Shown here piece after piece: positions 1 to 8,825 of a stretch of DNA of 34,163 nt. The DNA comes from a virus (Duplodnaviria > Heunggongvirae > Uroviricota > Caudoviricetes): the IMG/VR virus record IMGVR_UViG_3300025288_001461. One strand, 5' to 3'. Position 1 is the first letter of the stretch. Every line of letters begins with the position of its first letter. A program made the translations under genes and the position numbers. Under the pieces are notes generated by a model, which ran no database searches, was not told where the DNA came from, and was given only the letters and a program-made list of their open reading frames with translations.

Positions 1-42
1 GTTTTAGGTGGTTGGACTGGAACAAGAGATGGATTTAAATAA
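1..42 (+). CDS. 3' end of a CDS entering from the left edge (VLGGWTGTRDGFK*), product unknown
   Basis: Frame 1 is open from base 1 to TAA at 40-42 with protein-like codons. Too short to assign, and the TAA could itself be a nonsense lesion because the frame stays open afterwards. Confidence 0.35.
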   Translation, partial: VLGGWTGTRDGFK

Positions 43-138
43 TTAAAAAAATATTCGTTTGGATTAGATATTAATGAAGATGAAGTAGTAGACAGTTTTT
101 TCTATATATTATATAATTGGAAAAAGTTAAGGACTAAT

Positions 139-359
139 ATGAAAAGAAAATACAAACTAAAGGATGGAGAAGGAAAGAATTTTACTGTTGGTTATGCAAA
201 ATTTAAAGGGTTTGAAAAAAATGAACCGTTAAATAAATTAAATTATTTTATTTAGAGCATAACTTAGAAGACTTTACTATTCAGATTGAGCCTGATAAAT
301 TAAAAGAATTAGCAGCTAAAATTGTTCTTTTGGCAGACGCAATGATTGCAACAAAATAA
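139..359 (+). pseudogene. Small hypothetical gene (~73 aa) with a 1-nt frameshift near 250-254
   Basis: AGGA SD then ATG at 139. MKRKYKLKDGEGKNF...LNYFI hits TAG at 253-255. One extra T in the T-run gives ...LEHNLEDFTIQIEPDKLKELAAKIVLLADAMIATK* (TAA 357-359). Confidence 0.5.
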
Positions 360-394
360 ATATTTTTTATGATACAATTACAAAATTAATAATA

Positions 395-997
395 TTGAAA
401 AAATATGTAAAAAATAAAAATAAAGATATAAGCAAATTCTTATCATATGTATTAAGGCATCATCCTGCTGAAATAAAAATAGAATTAGATGATAAGGGTC
501 GGATTAATGTTGATTCATTATTAACTAATGCAAAAAAATATGCTAATTTAAATATTTCTTTAGAAGATTTGTATTTTGTTGTTAAAAATAATGACAAAAA
601 GAGATTTGACTTAACTGATGACTTGTTAAAAATAAGGGCAAATCAAGGGCATTCTATTGAGGTAGATTTAGATTTACCCAATATAGAGCCTACAGAATAT
701 TTATATCATGGAACAGCTACAAGATTTTTAGATGTAATTCAAAATGAAGGTCTAAAATCAATGGAAAGGCATGATGTACATTTGTCTTTTAGTAAAGAAG
801 TTGCAATTAGTGTTGGAGAAAGACATGGGAAACCTGTTGTTTTAAAAATTAAGGCTAGAGAAATGTTTAATGCTGGCTTTAAATTTAACTGCACAAAAAA
901 TAATGTGTGGTTAACAGAAACAGTTCCATCTATGTTTTTTGAAGTATTAGAAATTTTCAATAAAGAAAAACAGGTTCTAGGTTCGAAAATAAAATAG
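395..997 (+). CDS. kptA: RNA 2'-phosphotransferase (Tpt1/KptA family)
   Basis: Family motifs SKFLSYVLRH, KKRF, IRANQGHS, LYHGT, VHLS and NNVWLT..VP are present. TTG start with no clear SD. The usual GW appears as GR. Confidence 0.95.
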   Translation: MKKYVKNKNKDISKFLSYVLRHHPAEIKIELDDKGRINVDSLLTNAKKYANLNISLEDLYFVVKNNDKKRFDLTDDLLKIRANQGHSIEVDLDLPNIEPTEYLYHGTATRFLDVIQNEGLKSMERHDVHLSFSKEVAISVGERHGKPVVLKIKAREMFNAGFKFNCTKNNVWLTETVPSMFFEVLEIFNKEKQVLGSKIK

Positions 998-1072
998 TGA
1001 GTTATTGTTTTTAACAGTTAGTTTTCCAATAGCCTTAATTTATTTTTAAAGAGAATTTAACAGGGTTAAATT

Positions 1073-3352
1073 TCATTTCATATTAATAAGTTCTTGATTT
1101 GCCAAAAATAGATGGCTTAGAAATCCATGATTAATATTTTTATTATTAATGTTTTCAATCGCATTGTTTTTAATTATATACCAAAGTTTGGATTTATTAT
1201 AAACTTGTGTAGATTTTGTCTGTGGGTTAAAAAATATAAAGTAATTTTTTTGTTTACCTATATGTAATATTTTTATATTATGTTTTTGGTTTATTGAGTA
1301 CCATTGATTTACATATATTAATTCATCTAGTTTTATATTTGATAATTTAATTTCTTTATCTGCCTTTTCATAAGAAATAGGGTCAGATAATAAATTATTA
1401 ACATCGCTTTGGAATTGTTCTTCAATTAGTTTTATTTTGTTTTTTTCTTCGTCATGTTTTGTTTTGTTAGAATTAGAGAGTAATAAATCAAAGTTTTTTT
1501 GCAAACATGAAAATAGTGGTTTAAAATATTTAGATTCAATATTTAAAGAAAATGATATTTTAGATAAACTTTCATTTATCTTTGGCAATAAGGATTTAAT
1601 TTTGTCTGTTTTTTGTGTTGTAATTTCTTGATTATTATCAATTGAAATAATTAACTCAAAAAGATTAATAGATTGTTGCCAAGTATTCTTTGCTTCAACA
1701 GTCAAGAAGTCAATAAAATTACCTTTTTCAAAGATAAATAAATCTACTTTACTAGAGTATTCTTTAATATATGAAAATAGCCAAACTCTTTCAATAAATG
1801 TAGTAATCATACTATTTTTACATTTTGAAGTAATTGGTTCTAAGTATCTAATTATTTCATTATGAAAGTATTCATTATTTTCATCTTCAGTAACTTTTTT
1901 TACATCATTATTAATAATTTCATTTTGTGATTTTATTTCATTTTGGATTAATTCCTTGATATTCGTTGTTAAGGAAATTAAAAAATCATTATTAATAATT
2001 TCTTTAAAATTTAAATTAGAAATTAATTCATTGGTTTTAACAAAAATTTCATTATTATAAAAAAATTCATTATTAAGTATAAAATCTAAAAGGTTTCTTC
2101 CTGGGTGGTGAATATCAAAGAAGAATGATTGTCTAATTAAAGCTAGTTGTAATATAAATAACTGTGTTTTATATAATATTAATTTTTGTTGTATTGTAAG
2201 TTGTTCATCGTGAAACATATTACTATAGGTTTTGTCTAAAATAGTAAAAACCATAATATCATGATCATTCATTTGGGTTGCAAACAAATCATTATTTAAT
2301 ATCTCTTTTAAAATTGATTTGTTTAAGTAGTCAGTGCTTTCAAAATTAGATGTTTTAAGTTTTGAAAGTTTACTTTGTAAATCAATAAGAGTTCTTACAA
2401 ATGTGTTATTTGATAATATTTTAGAGTGAGAAATCTGTCTAGATGGTAATATTTCATATTCTAAAAACAATTCAGAAACATCTATGTTTTTAATTTTCTG
2501 TTTTTGTGATGCTAAGATGTCATCTAAGTCTAGAAGTAAATATTTTAAGTTTTTGTGATAATCTACTTCTAACTCAATTTTTTCATTTTTTATTTGAGTA
2601 TTTAATTTTGGTGATTCAATTGATATTATTTTAGGTTCATTAATTATTTCAGGTTCATTAGATAAAAATGAATTAAAGTCTGGAACTATATTGATAGATT
2701 CAGAATCTTTTTTATCATAATCTTGAACTTCATTAGGTATGTTGTTTTCTATTAGATATTTACTTGCTGCTATATAGTATGGTAAAAGAAGTTTCACCCA
2801 AGATTCTGAAAAACAAATGATACCAGAAAAAACAATCTTCATTTGAGGAAAATATTTATTAAGTGTTTCAAAGATTGTCTTTGTAAGCATTTCAGAAGAA
2901 TATAGATTTTTTTTGTCTTGAAATAATTGATTTGTTAAATTGGTAACATTAAAAAGGTCATCGCCAAGATTTGATTTAATAGCGTCATTTAAAATATTTA
3001 AAACACGTTCTTTTTCTTTTTCATTTCCATCAATAGCTTTCATTTTTGTCCAACTTGGCTTTATGTTGTCTAAGTAATTGTTATTTATTTGTTCTTTAAT
3101 ATTTTTAATTAAAAAAGCCTTAAAAGTGTTGCCAATATCAACTTTAGAAAAATTTATTTTTTTATGTAGTTCACTAAGAACTTGTTTTTCACTAAAATTC
3201 GTAGTTATTGCTAACTTATTACTAATGTGTTCAATAACAGTATCAAGATGAAAATAAAAATCACCAGCCAGTTGTTCAACAAAGATACGCTCACAATATT
3301 TAACATGTTTTTGTATTATCGTTTTGTCGTTTTGAACATTAGTTGTAATCAT
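1073..3352 (-). CDS. DUF1631-like large helical protein (divergent)
   Basis: 759-aa ORF. The segment LQLALIRQSFFFDIHHPGRNLLD resembles the DUF1631 FF...HPARRLL motif. FIERVW and the C-terminal beta-rich segment (NQWY...KILHI...YFIFFN) also fit. Confidence 0.6.
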   Translation of the reverse strand: MITTNVQNDKTIIQKHVKYCERIFVEQLAGDFYFHLDTVIEHISNKLAITTNFSEKQVLSELHKKINFSKVDIGNTFKAFLIKNIKEQINNNYLDNIKPSWTKMKAIDGNEKEKERVLNILNDAIKSNLGDDLFNVTNLTNQLFQDKKNLYSSEMLTKTIFETLNKYFPQMKIVFSGIICFSESWVKLLLPYYIAASKYLIENNIPNEVQDYDKKDSESINIVPDFNSFLSNEPEIINEPKIISIESPKLNTQIKNEKIELEVDYHKNLKYLLLDLDDILASQKQKIKNIDVSELFLEYEILPSRQISHSKILSNNTFVRTLIDLQSKLSKLKTSNFESTDYLNKSILKEILNNDLFATQMNDHDIMVFTILDKTYSNMFHDEQLTIQQKLILYKTQLFILQLALIRQSFFFDIHHPGRNLLDFILNNEFFYNNEIFVKTNELISNLNFKEIINNDFLISLTTNIKELIQNEIKSQNEIINNDVKKVTEDENNEYFHNEIIRYLEPITSKCKNSMITTFIERVWLFSYIKEYSSKVDLFIFEKGNFIDFLTVEAKNTWQQSINLFELIISIDNNQEITTQKTDKIKSLLPKINESLSKISFSLNIESKYFKPLFSCLQKNFDLLLSNSNKTKHDEEKNKIKLIEEQFQSDVNNLLSDPISYEKADKEIKLSNIKLDELIYVNQWYSINQKHNIKILHIGKQKNYFIFFNPQTKSTQVYNKSKLWYIIKNNAIENINNKNINHGFLSHLFLANQELINMK

Positions 3353-3508
3353 ATATCCCCATTAATCCTATAGAATAATGGTAGTTTATTGAAATTACCA
3401 AAAAAAGCAATAGATGTAATTGACAAACAATTTGAATTATTTTAAATTATTTTAAGACGTAAACTATAATAACCCAGTAAGGTAATCAGTAGGTTAAATA
3501 TAAGAATA

Positions 3509-4369
3509 ATGAATAAAATTAAAACAGCAGAAACATTAGATTTTTTATCATCCCATTATAATAAAAAAGGGATACACAATAGTATAGAAGATTGGGAATT
3601 AACAAAAAAATATAAAAATTATAAGGGTATTACTTGTCGTGACTTTTCAAATTTAAGAATGAGGGTGCGTGCAATTGTATTAATAGAAAATGATGAGAAA
3701 TCTTTAACTATAATTGAAAATCAAAATTATGAATATTTTTTAAAAAATTTAATGAATATACCTGTTTTTTATTATGTTCCAACAATTTGTAATGATGGCT
3801 TAGTTTTTGTATTTGAGTTAGCTAATAAGTTTAATAAATTTAATCAGCTATATGGATTGGATGAACATAGTCGAATCCTTTTAAAAAAGAAGTTATTAAC
3901 ATTATTTTCTGAAGATGATATTTTTTCATTAAATCAAGGATTAATGTTTGCCTTCCCAAATACAGAAATGGATGAGGTTATTAGAAAGCTAGAAAGAAAT
4001 CAAATAACTTATAATGATAAGTTGTTTGATTTGTTAGATAAAGATATTTATCAACCTATTTTACCAGATATAGCTTTAGCATCATATAGGTTTCCAAATG
4101 ACGAAAACTTAAATCAAGAAGAAGCAATTGATATTATTTTTTCTATGGTGTCAAAAAAGAGTTTATTTACAAATGAAGATTATGCAAGAATAAAATTATT
4201 ATTGAAAAAGATAAAGCATGATGAGTTTCCAACTGTAAAGAAAATAGCATTAAGTTTCGCAAGTGGGAAAGATAAAAAGCTAATATATATATTTGATTCT
4301 GAAGTTAATAGAAAAAAGGCTCAAGAGCTTGTGCGGAAAATTTGGCTCCAAAGAATTAAAGATTATTAA
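3509..4369 (+). CDS. Hypothetical protein (286 aa)
   Basis: Long ATG-started ORF in very AT-rich DNA. No motif recognised. Confidence 0.8.
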   Translation: MNKIKTAETLDFLSSHYNKKGIHNSIEDWELTKKYKNYKGITCRDFSNLRMRVRAIVLIENDEKSLTIIENQNYEYFLKNLMNIPVFYYVPTICNDGLVFVFELANKFNKFNQLYGLDEHSRILLKKKLLTLFSEDDIFSLNQGLMFAFPNTEMDEVIRKLERNQITYNDKLFDLLDKDIYQPILPDIALASYRFPNDENLNQEEAIDIIFSMVSKKSLFTNEDYARIKLLLKKIKHDEFPTVKKIALSFASGKDKKLIYIFDSEVNRKKAQELVRKIWLQRIKDY

Positions 4370-4380
4370 TTTCTTGTTAA

Positions 4381-5044
4381 TTAATGAAAGTTGTTCTTTT
4401 TTGGAGTTGAAACAGTATTTATAGTATCATTAATTTTTGAAAAAAACCATTTTTTTGCAAATTGACTAATTGCTGGAGTTACAGTTTTTTTATCTAAACC
4501 GGATTCAATTTAAATGTCTTCTTCTTCTCTAATAGAGTCTTCAGCTACCCATTTAAAAAAAGTTCCTAGATTTTTAACTTCAAAATCAAGATGTTGTTCT
4601 TTTAAATATTCAAGACCTTGATTTAATCTGTTATCTGTAACAACTTTTTCAACAAATTCATTAATTGAATTTACTTTTTCAATATCTACTTCAGCAATAG
4701 ACAATAGACTTAGTGTGAGATACAGAGTGTTCTTTACCTTTAACTTAAAAAACTAAATCATCAGTTTTAATGAGTGGATGATTTGACACACATTTCCAAA
4801 CAACACCTTCACCAATACCATCCGATCCTAATTGAGAAGAAACAGGACATTTTGATTCAACAGAATTAGTTATTTCAATTAACTGATTTTGTATTTGCTT
4901 TGGGTTCTCCATGTCTATTTCAATTTCCCAAGTTGGGAAATCATAAATATTATAAATTTTATTTTCTGAACTAATATTATTAAGCACCATATTAATTTGA
5001 GATTTACTTAACCAAATCAAACAAAAGATAGCAATATCTTGTTA
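4381..5044 (-). pseudogene. Remnant of a phage-type Rnl2-family RNA ligase (C-terminal half only)
   Basis: Reconstructs as ...KIYNIYDFPTWEIEID...CPV...GIGEGVVW...VF*VKGKEHSVSHTKS/IAEVDIEKVNSINEFVE..VTDNRLNQG...FFKWV..D..REEEDI*IESGLD...AKKWFF. In-frame TAA at 4745-4747, 4510-4512 and 5042-5044. A 7-bp duplication (CAATAGA at 4695-4701 and 4702-4708) shifts the frame. The N-terminal adenylylation motif is absent. Confidence 0.85.
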
Positions 5045-5070
5045 TTGTAGTCCAATTCTTTCATTTGCTA

Positions 5071-5100
5071 TATTTTTAGAGAAAAGTTGTCCATAATTCT
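5071..5100. repeat. 30-bp imperfect direct repeat, copy 1
   Basis: TATTTTTAGAGAAAAGTTGTCCATAATTCT matches 6992-7021 at 25/30 positions, with an 11-bp identical core GAAAAGTTGTC. Confidence 0.6.
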
Positions 5101-5103
5101 ATT

Positions 5104-5132
5104 TTGACAAATTTTATTAAAGATATTAGAAT
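5104..5132 (+). promoter_or_regulatory. sigma70-type promoter
   Basis: TTGACA (5104-5109), 17 nt, TAGAAT (5127-5132), upstream of the GAGG SD and ATG 5162. Confidence 0.75.
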
Positions 5133-5161
5133 TCAATTAGTTTATATATTGAGGAATAATT

Positions 5162-6577
5162 ATGGGAAAATATATCATTGATGGAAAAGATGGGAAAAAC
5201 ATAGAATTAAATTTTACTTTTGATAATGGGTTGCCAACTAAGCCAATCATTGCACCAGATTATGATGTTGGATATTCAAAAGAAGAAAAATTTTATGCTT
5301 TATCTATGTATTTTTCTAATGAGGATTTAGAAACTTTAGAAGATTGCAATATAGATAGTATTTATACATCAAAAGAATTAAAGGAATTATGGATACTTAT
5401 TAATAATCATTATGTTGTTTTTGGAGATTTAGATGATAAAATAATAGAAGAAGCTGAAAATAAAAAATTGGTCTACTATTTTTTTAAGTCAGATGAAACT
5501 TTTATTACTGGAATAAGAATTGATTGATACAGAAATAATATTTTTCATCAAGAACATAATAATTTTCCAACATTATTCCCAAAAAAAATATATTTTAATT
5601 TTCTTAGAGATACTTATTATGAACAGTATCAGCATTATAAAAATCAAGATATAGAAAAAAAATTAGGAACAGAAGATCAAATAAGAATTAAAGAGAATTT
5701 AAAGCCAGAAGAAAAAGTTAATAATCCATATGAAAAATATGCAGAAATTAAAATTAATGATGAAAAATTTAATGCTCCAAGAATAGATATATCTACAGAA
5801 CATGTAAGAAATATTGTAAAATTGAATTCTGAATTTAATGGGGCATTTCTTAATTCACTGAAGAATAATTTTTCTAAAGAAACTAATAATTTTTTATTAT
5901 TAAATGCAGATAAAACACATAAAATAGTTACTGAATTGGTGATATGGCATGAAGTAGCACATTGGATTTCTTCTAAAAAATTAAGTGGAACAATTTTATC
6001 TAGAAGTTTTAGAGATATTAAAGAAGAAAAAAATAAACCAAATTTTGAAATTAATCATTTAAATAATATATCAAAAAATATATTAGAAGGATTTTCAGAT
6101 TGTTTTGCAATATATTTAACACAGCAACATTACAAAGAGTATAATATTATTGACACTTATAAGAAGTGTAGAGAAGAAACTTCTAATGTTAGTAAAAAAT
6201 CAATAAATTCTTATGATTTATCTAGCATTTTTAAGGAAGTTAAAAAAATATCACAATCTTCTAATAATAGCATAGATAAATTAATGGATAAGTTTTTAGA
6301 AATATCTATTAATAATGCTTTTAATATAGCAGAGAAAAAAATCAATAGTGATGAAAAATTCAAAAATATCTTAGAAAATAATTTAAATTATTATGCAAAA
6401 GAAGAAGGTGTGAAATTAGGTTCAATAGATTTATTAACAAATTTGAAAAATCACTTAATAACAAAAATACCAACATATAATATTACAATTAATCAATCTC
6501 AAGCAATATTTAACATATCAAACATGAAAAATAAGTATACAAACACATCAAAAAGCGACAATAAATTTAAACTATAG
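5162..6577 (+). pseudogene. HExxH zincin-like metallopeptidase frame interrupted by one in-frame TGA (5525-5527)
   Basis: ORFs 5162..5527 and 5822..6577 share a frame. I translated 5528-5821 (98 codons) and found no stop. The distal part has WHEVAH...EGFSD and ends KFKL*. Confidence 0.65.
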
Positions 6578-6585
6578 GAACAATT

Positions 6586-6999
6586 ATGAAATTTAGTTTA
6601 AAGCCTTCAGATAGAAAATATAAAGATGTAGATTCTGAAATTATTCCAATTAAAAAACTTGAAGAAACTTTAATTGAAAAGAAACTTAATCCTTGGGATT
6701 ATATTCGTGTAGTTAATGTTAAGGGTGAAAAAGACTACCAAGCAACTCCAGATGAAAAAATTATAATAGCTCATCGGGGCAATCCAATTCTTGGAAATAA
6801 ACATCCAATGTTAACTCAAACAATGTCTGAGAGAGATAGGGTGATAGCAGAACATAAAAAAGATTTAGATGCTGATTTAGATATTAAAGGAACGATATAT
6901 CAACTATTACAAGAAGTGGCTAAAGATATTGTTGAAAACAAACAAAAAATTGCTTTGCAATGTTTCTGCACGCCATTTATTTCATTTGATATATTTTAA
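6586..6999 (+). pseudogene. DUF4326-like protein, paralog 1, C-terminally truncated
   Basis: HRGNPILGNKHPM...ERDRVI...IALQCFCTP aligns with the 7800 paralog, then diverges to FISFDIF* and lacks the CACHA segment. Confidence 0.7.
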
Positions 7000-7021
7000 T
7001 AGAAAAGTTGTCTATAACTTT
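6992..7021. repeat. 30-bp imperfect direct repeat, copy 2
   Basis: TATTTTAATAGAAAAGTTGTCTATAACTTT, 25/30 identical to 5071-5100. Confidence 0.6.
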
Positions 7022-7084
7022 AATCTAATACATATTGAGTTATTAGTAGTATTTGTTATATTAATAAAATAAATAAGGATTAAA

Positions 7085-7798
7085 ATGGATATTATAACAA
7101 ATAAAGATATTGTCTTAACAGTTTTAGGGGCAGGAATTGGTGCATTTTTAAGTTACTATTATGCTGAGTTAGCAAGTAAAAAAGAAAAACAATCTCTTAA
7201 AAATGATAATTTAAATATGAAAGAAGAACTAGCTAAAATAAAAAAACATGTTACTCTTAATCCAATAATTGATCCAAAGTTAATGTTCCAGGATGAAAGT
7301 TATAATGATATAACTTCTGGAATAATAGATGGAGAAAATTACATATGTGTAAAAAGGCATGATTATAAAGTATTAAAAGTAAGTTATATTAAAGATGGTG
7401 GAAAAGAAATAATAATTTTATTCTCAATAGGAAATCATGCTTCGCCAGAACTTTCAATAGAAGAAATTGTAGAAGATTTATTTGGTGAAAAAATTCCAGA
7501 TAATGTTTTACTATATGAATGTTTAATTTTTAGTAAGGATAATAAGAATATTATTAAGCAATTTTTAGATGAAGATCAAGAAAAAGATAAAACAAGAACA
7601 GAAGAACATTTAAGACGGATTGTATTAGAATGTATCGTTGAAATAAAAAGACAATTTTTAGAATTTGACGGCATTGTATCACTTTATAATGAAAAGAAAA
7701 TAAGTGAAAATTTAAAAAAACAGGTGGTTGAAGATTTTGAAATAACCAAGGAAAACATATTAAATTCCAAAATTAGTGCTTGGAATTTTAGGGGGTAA
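7085..7798 (+). CDS. Hypothetical protein with an N-terminal TM helix and a short coiled coil
   Basis: AAGGA SD, ATG. Hydrophobic IVLTVLGAGIGAFLSYYYA followed by a K/E-rich helix. Confidence 0.8.
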   Translation: MDIITNKDIVLTVLGAGIGAFLSYYYAELASKKEKQSLKNDNLNMKEELAKIKKHVTLNPIIDPKLMFQDESYNDITSGIIDGENYICVKRHDYKVLKVSYIKDGGKEIIILFSIGNHASPELSIEEIVEDLFGEKIPDNVLLYECLIFSKDNKNIIKQFLDEDQEKDKTRTEEHLRRIVLECIVEIKRQFLEFDGIVSLYNEKKISENLKKQVVEDFEITKENILNSKISAWNFRG

Positions 7799-7799
7799 G

Positions 7800-8300
7800 A
7801 TGAATTTCAGTTTAAAGCCAAAAGATAGAAAATATAAAGATTCAGAAGTTAATTTTGAAATTTTACCAATTGAAAAATCAAAAAAAGATGAAACTATTAT
7901 TGAGGAAAAATTTAATCCTTATGATTATGTTCGTGTAGTTAATATTCGTGGTGAACCTGAATATCAAGCCACATCAGATGAAAAAGTTATAGTTGCACAT
8001 CGTGGTAATCCAATTCTTGGAAATAAACATCCAATGAAGGCTCAAACAATGAAAGAAAGAGAAAGAGTAATTTCTGAATATAAAAAAGATTTAAAGGCTG
8101 ACTTAGAGACTGAAGGCCAGATGTATAAATCATTAAAAGAAATTGCTAAAGATATAATTGAGAACAACCAAAAGATAGCTTTGCAATGTTTTTGCCATCC
8201 ATGTGCTTGTCATGCCCAAGAATTAGTGCCAGTAATAATAAATATGGTTGAAGATTTATTACTATTAAATAAAGAAAATAAATTTAAATTTAAAATATAG
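7800..8300 (+). CDS. DUF4326-like protein, paralog 2 (full length)
   Basis: Likely ATG at 7800 after a GGGGG SD. HRGNPILGN...ERERVISEY...IALQCFCHPCACHAQEL fits the DUF4326 pattern (G..P.GN...R..VI..Y...L.C.C.P..CH). Confidence 0.75.
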   Translation: MNFSLKPKDRKYKDSEVNFEILPIEKSKKDETIIEEKFNPYDYVRVVNIRGEPEYQATSDEKVIVAHRGNPILGNKHPMKAQTMKERERVISEYKKDLKADLETEGQMYKSLKEIAKDIIENNQKIALQCFCHPCACHAQELVPVIINMVEDLLLLNKENKFKFKI

Positions 8301-8307
8301 TAAAAGT

Positions 8308-8337
8308 TTGCCTTTAAGATAGAAATAATGCTATAAT
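8308..8337 (+). promoter_or_regulatory. sigma70-type promoter with extended -10
   Basis: TTGCCT (8308-8313), 18 nt, TATAAT (8332-8337), preceded by TGn. Confidence 0.6.
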
Positions 8338-8370
8338 TGCTCGTGCAGATTATATGGAAAATTTAAAATA

Positions 8371-8766
8371 ATGAAATATCAGGATGAAAAAAAATTTTTA
8401 ATTATTGCACCAACTGAACAAGAAATCTCTGAATTAAAAATTCAATTTAAAGAAAATAATGATGTTGTTTTATATTTAGCTCAAGCTAGAGAGCTATCAG
8501 ACGACAATAGCTACAATACATTAATTTATTTTGAAAATAATAATAATGGATATATATTTAGTGAGTATGAAAATCCTGCTCATGCTTCATACAATTCAGA
8601 TATTAAAGAATGTAGTGTGCAACATTATTGGGAGAAACTATTTGAAATAGATAGATTATCAGGAGATTGTTTTTTTAAAAGAATTAAAATAAAAGAAGAT
8701 TATGAGTTTCTAAATAAGAATATAGAAGAAAAAAATCAATTTAATATAAAAAAAATAAAAATATAA
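8371..8766 (+). CDS. Hypothetical protein (131 aa) ending in KKIKI
   Basis: ATG-started ORF with its own promoter. No domain recognised. Confidence 0.75.
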   Translation: MKYQDEKKFLIIAPTEQEISELKIQFKENNDVVLYLAQARELSDDNSYNTLIYFENNNNGYIFSEYENPAHASYNSDIKECSVQHYWEKLFEIDRLSGDCFFKRIKIKEDYEFLNKNIEEKNQFNIKKIKI

Positions 8767-8769
8767 GTG

Positions 8770-8799
8770 TTGACCAGTAAATTAAATATGTGGTATATT
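8770..8799 (+). promoter_or_regulatory. sigma70-type promoter with extended -10
   Basis: TTGACC (8770-8775), 18 nt, TATATT (8794-8799), preceded by TGG. Confidence 0.6.
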
Positions 8800-8825
8800 T
8801 AACACAAGTATTATGAAATTTATAA

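Noticed and set aside
5071-7021. The 30-bp repeat as a Xer dif/pdif site, integron attC or DnaA box
   Set aside because: There is no XerD arm (TTATGTTAAAT) at 6-bp spacing and no RYYYAAC...GTTRRRY palindrome. DnaA-box similarity has 1-2 mismatches and is not clustered.
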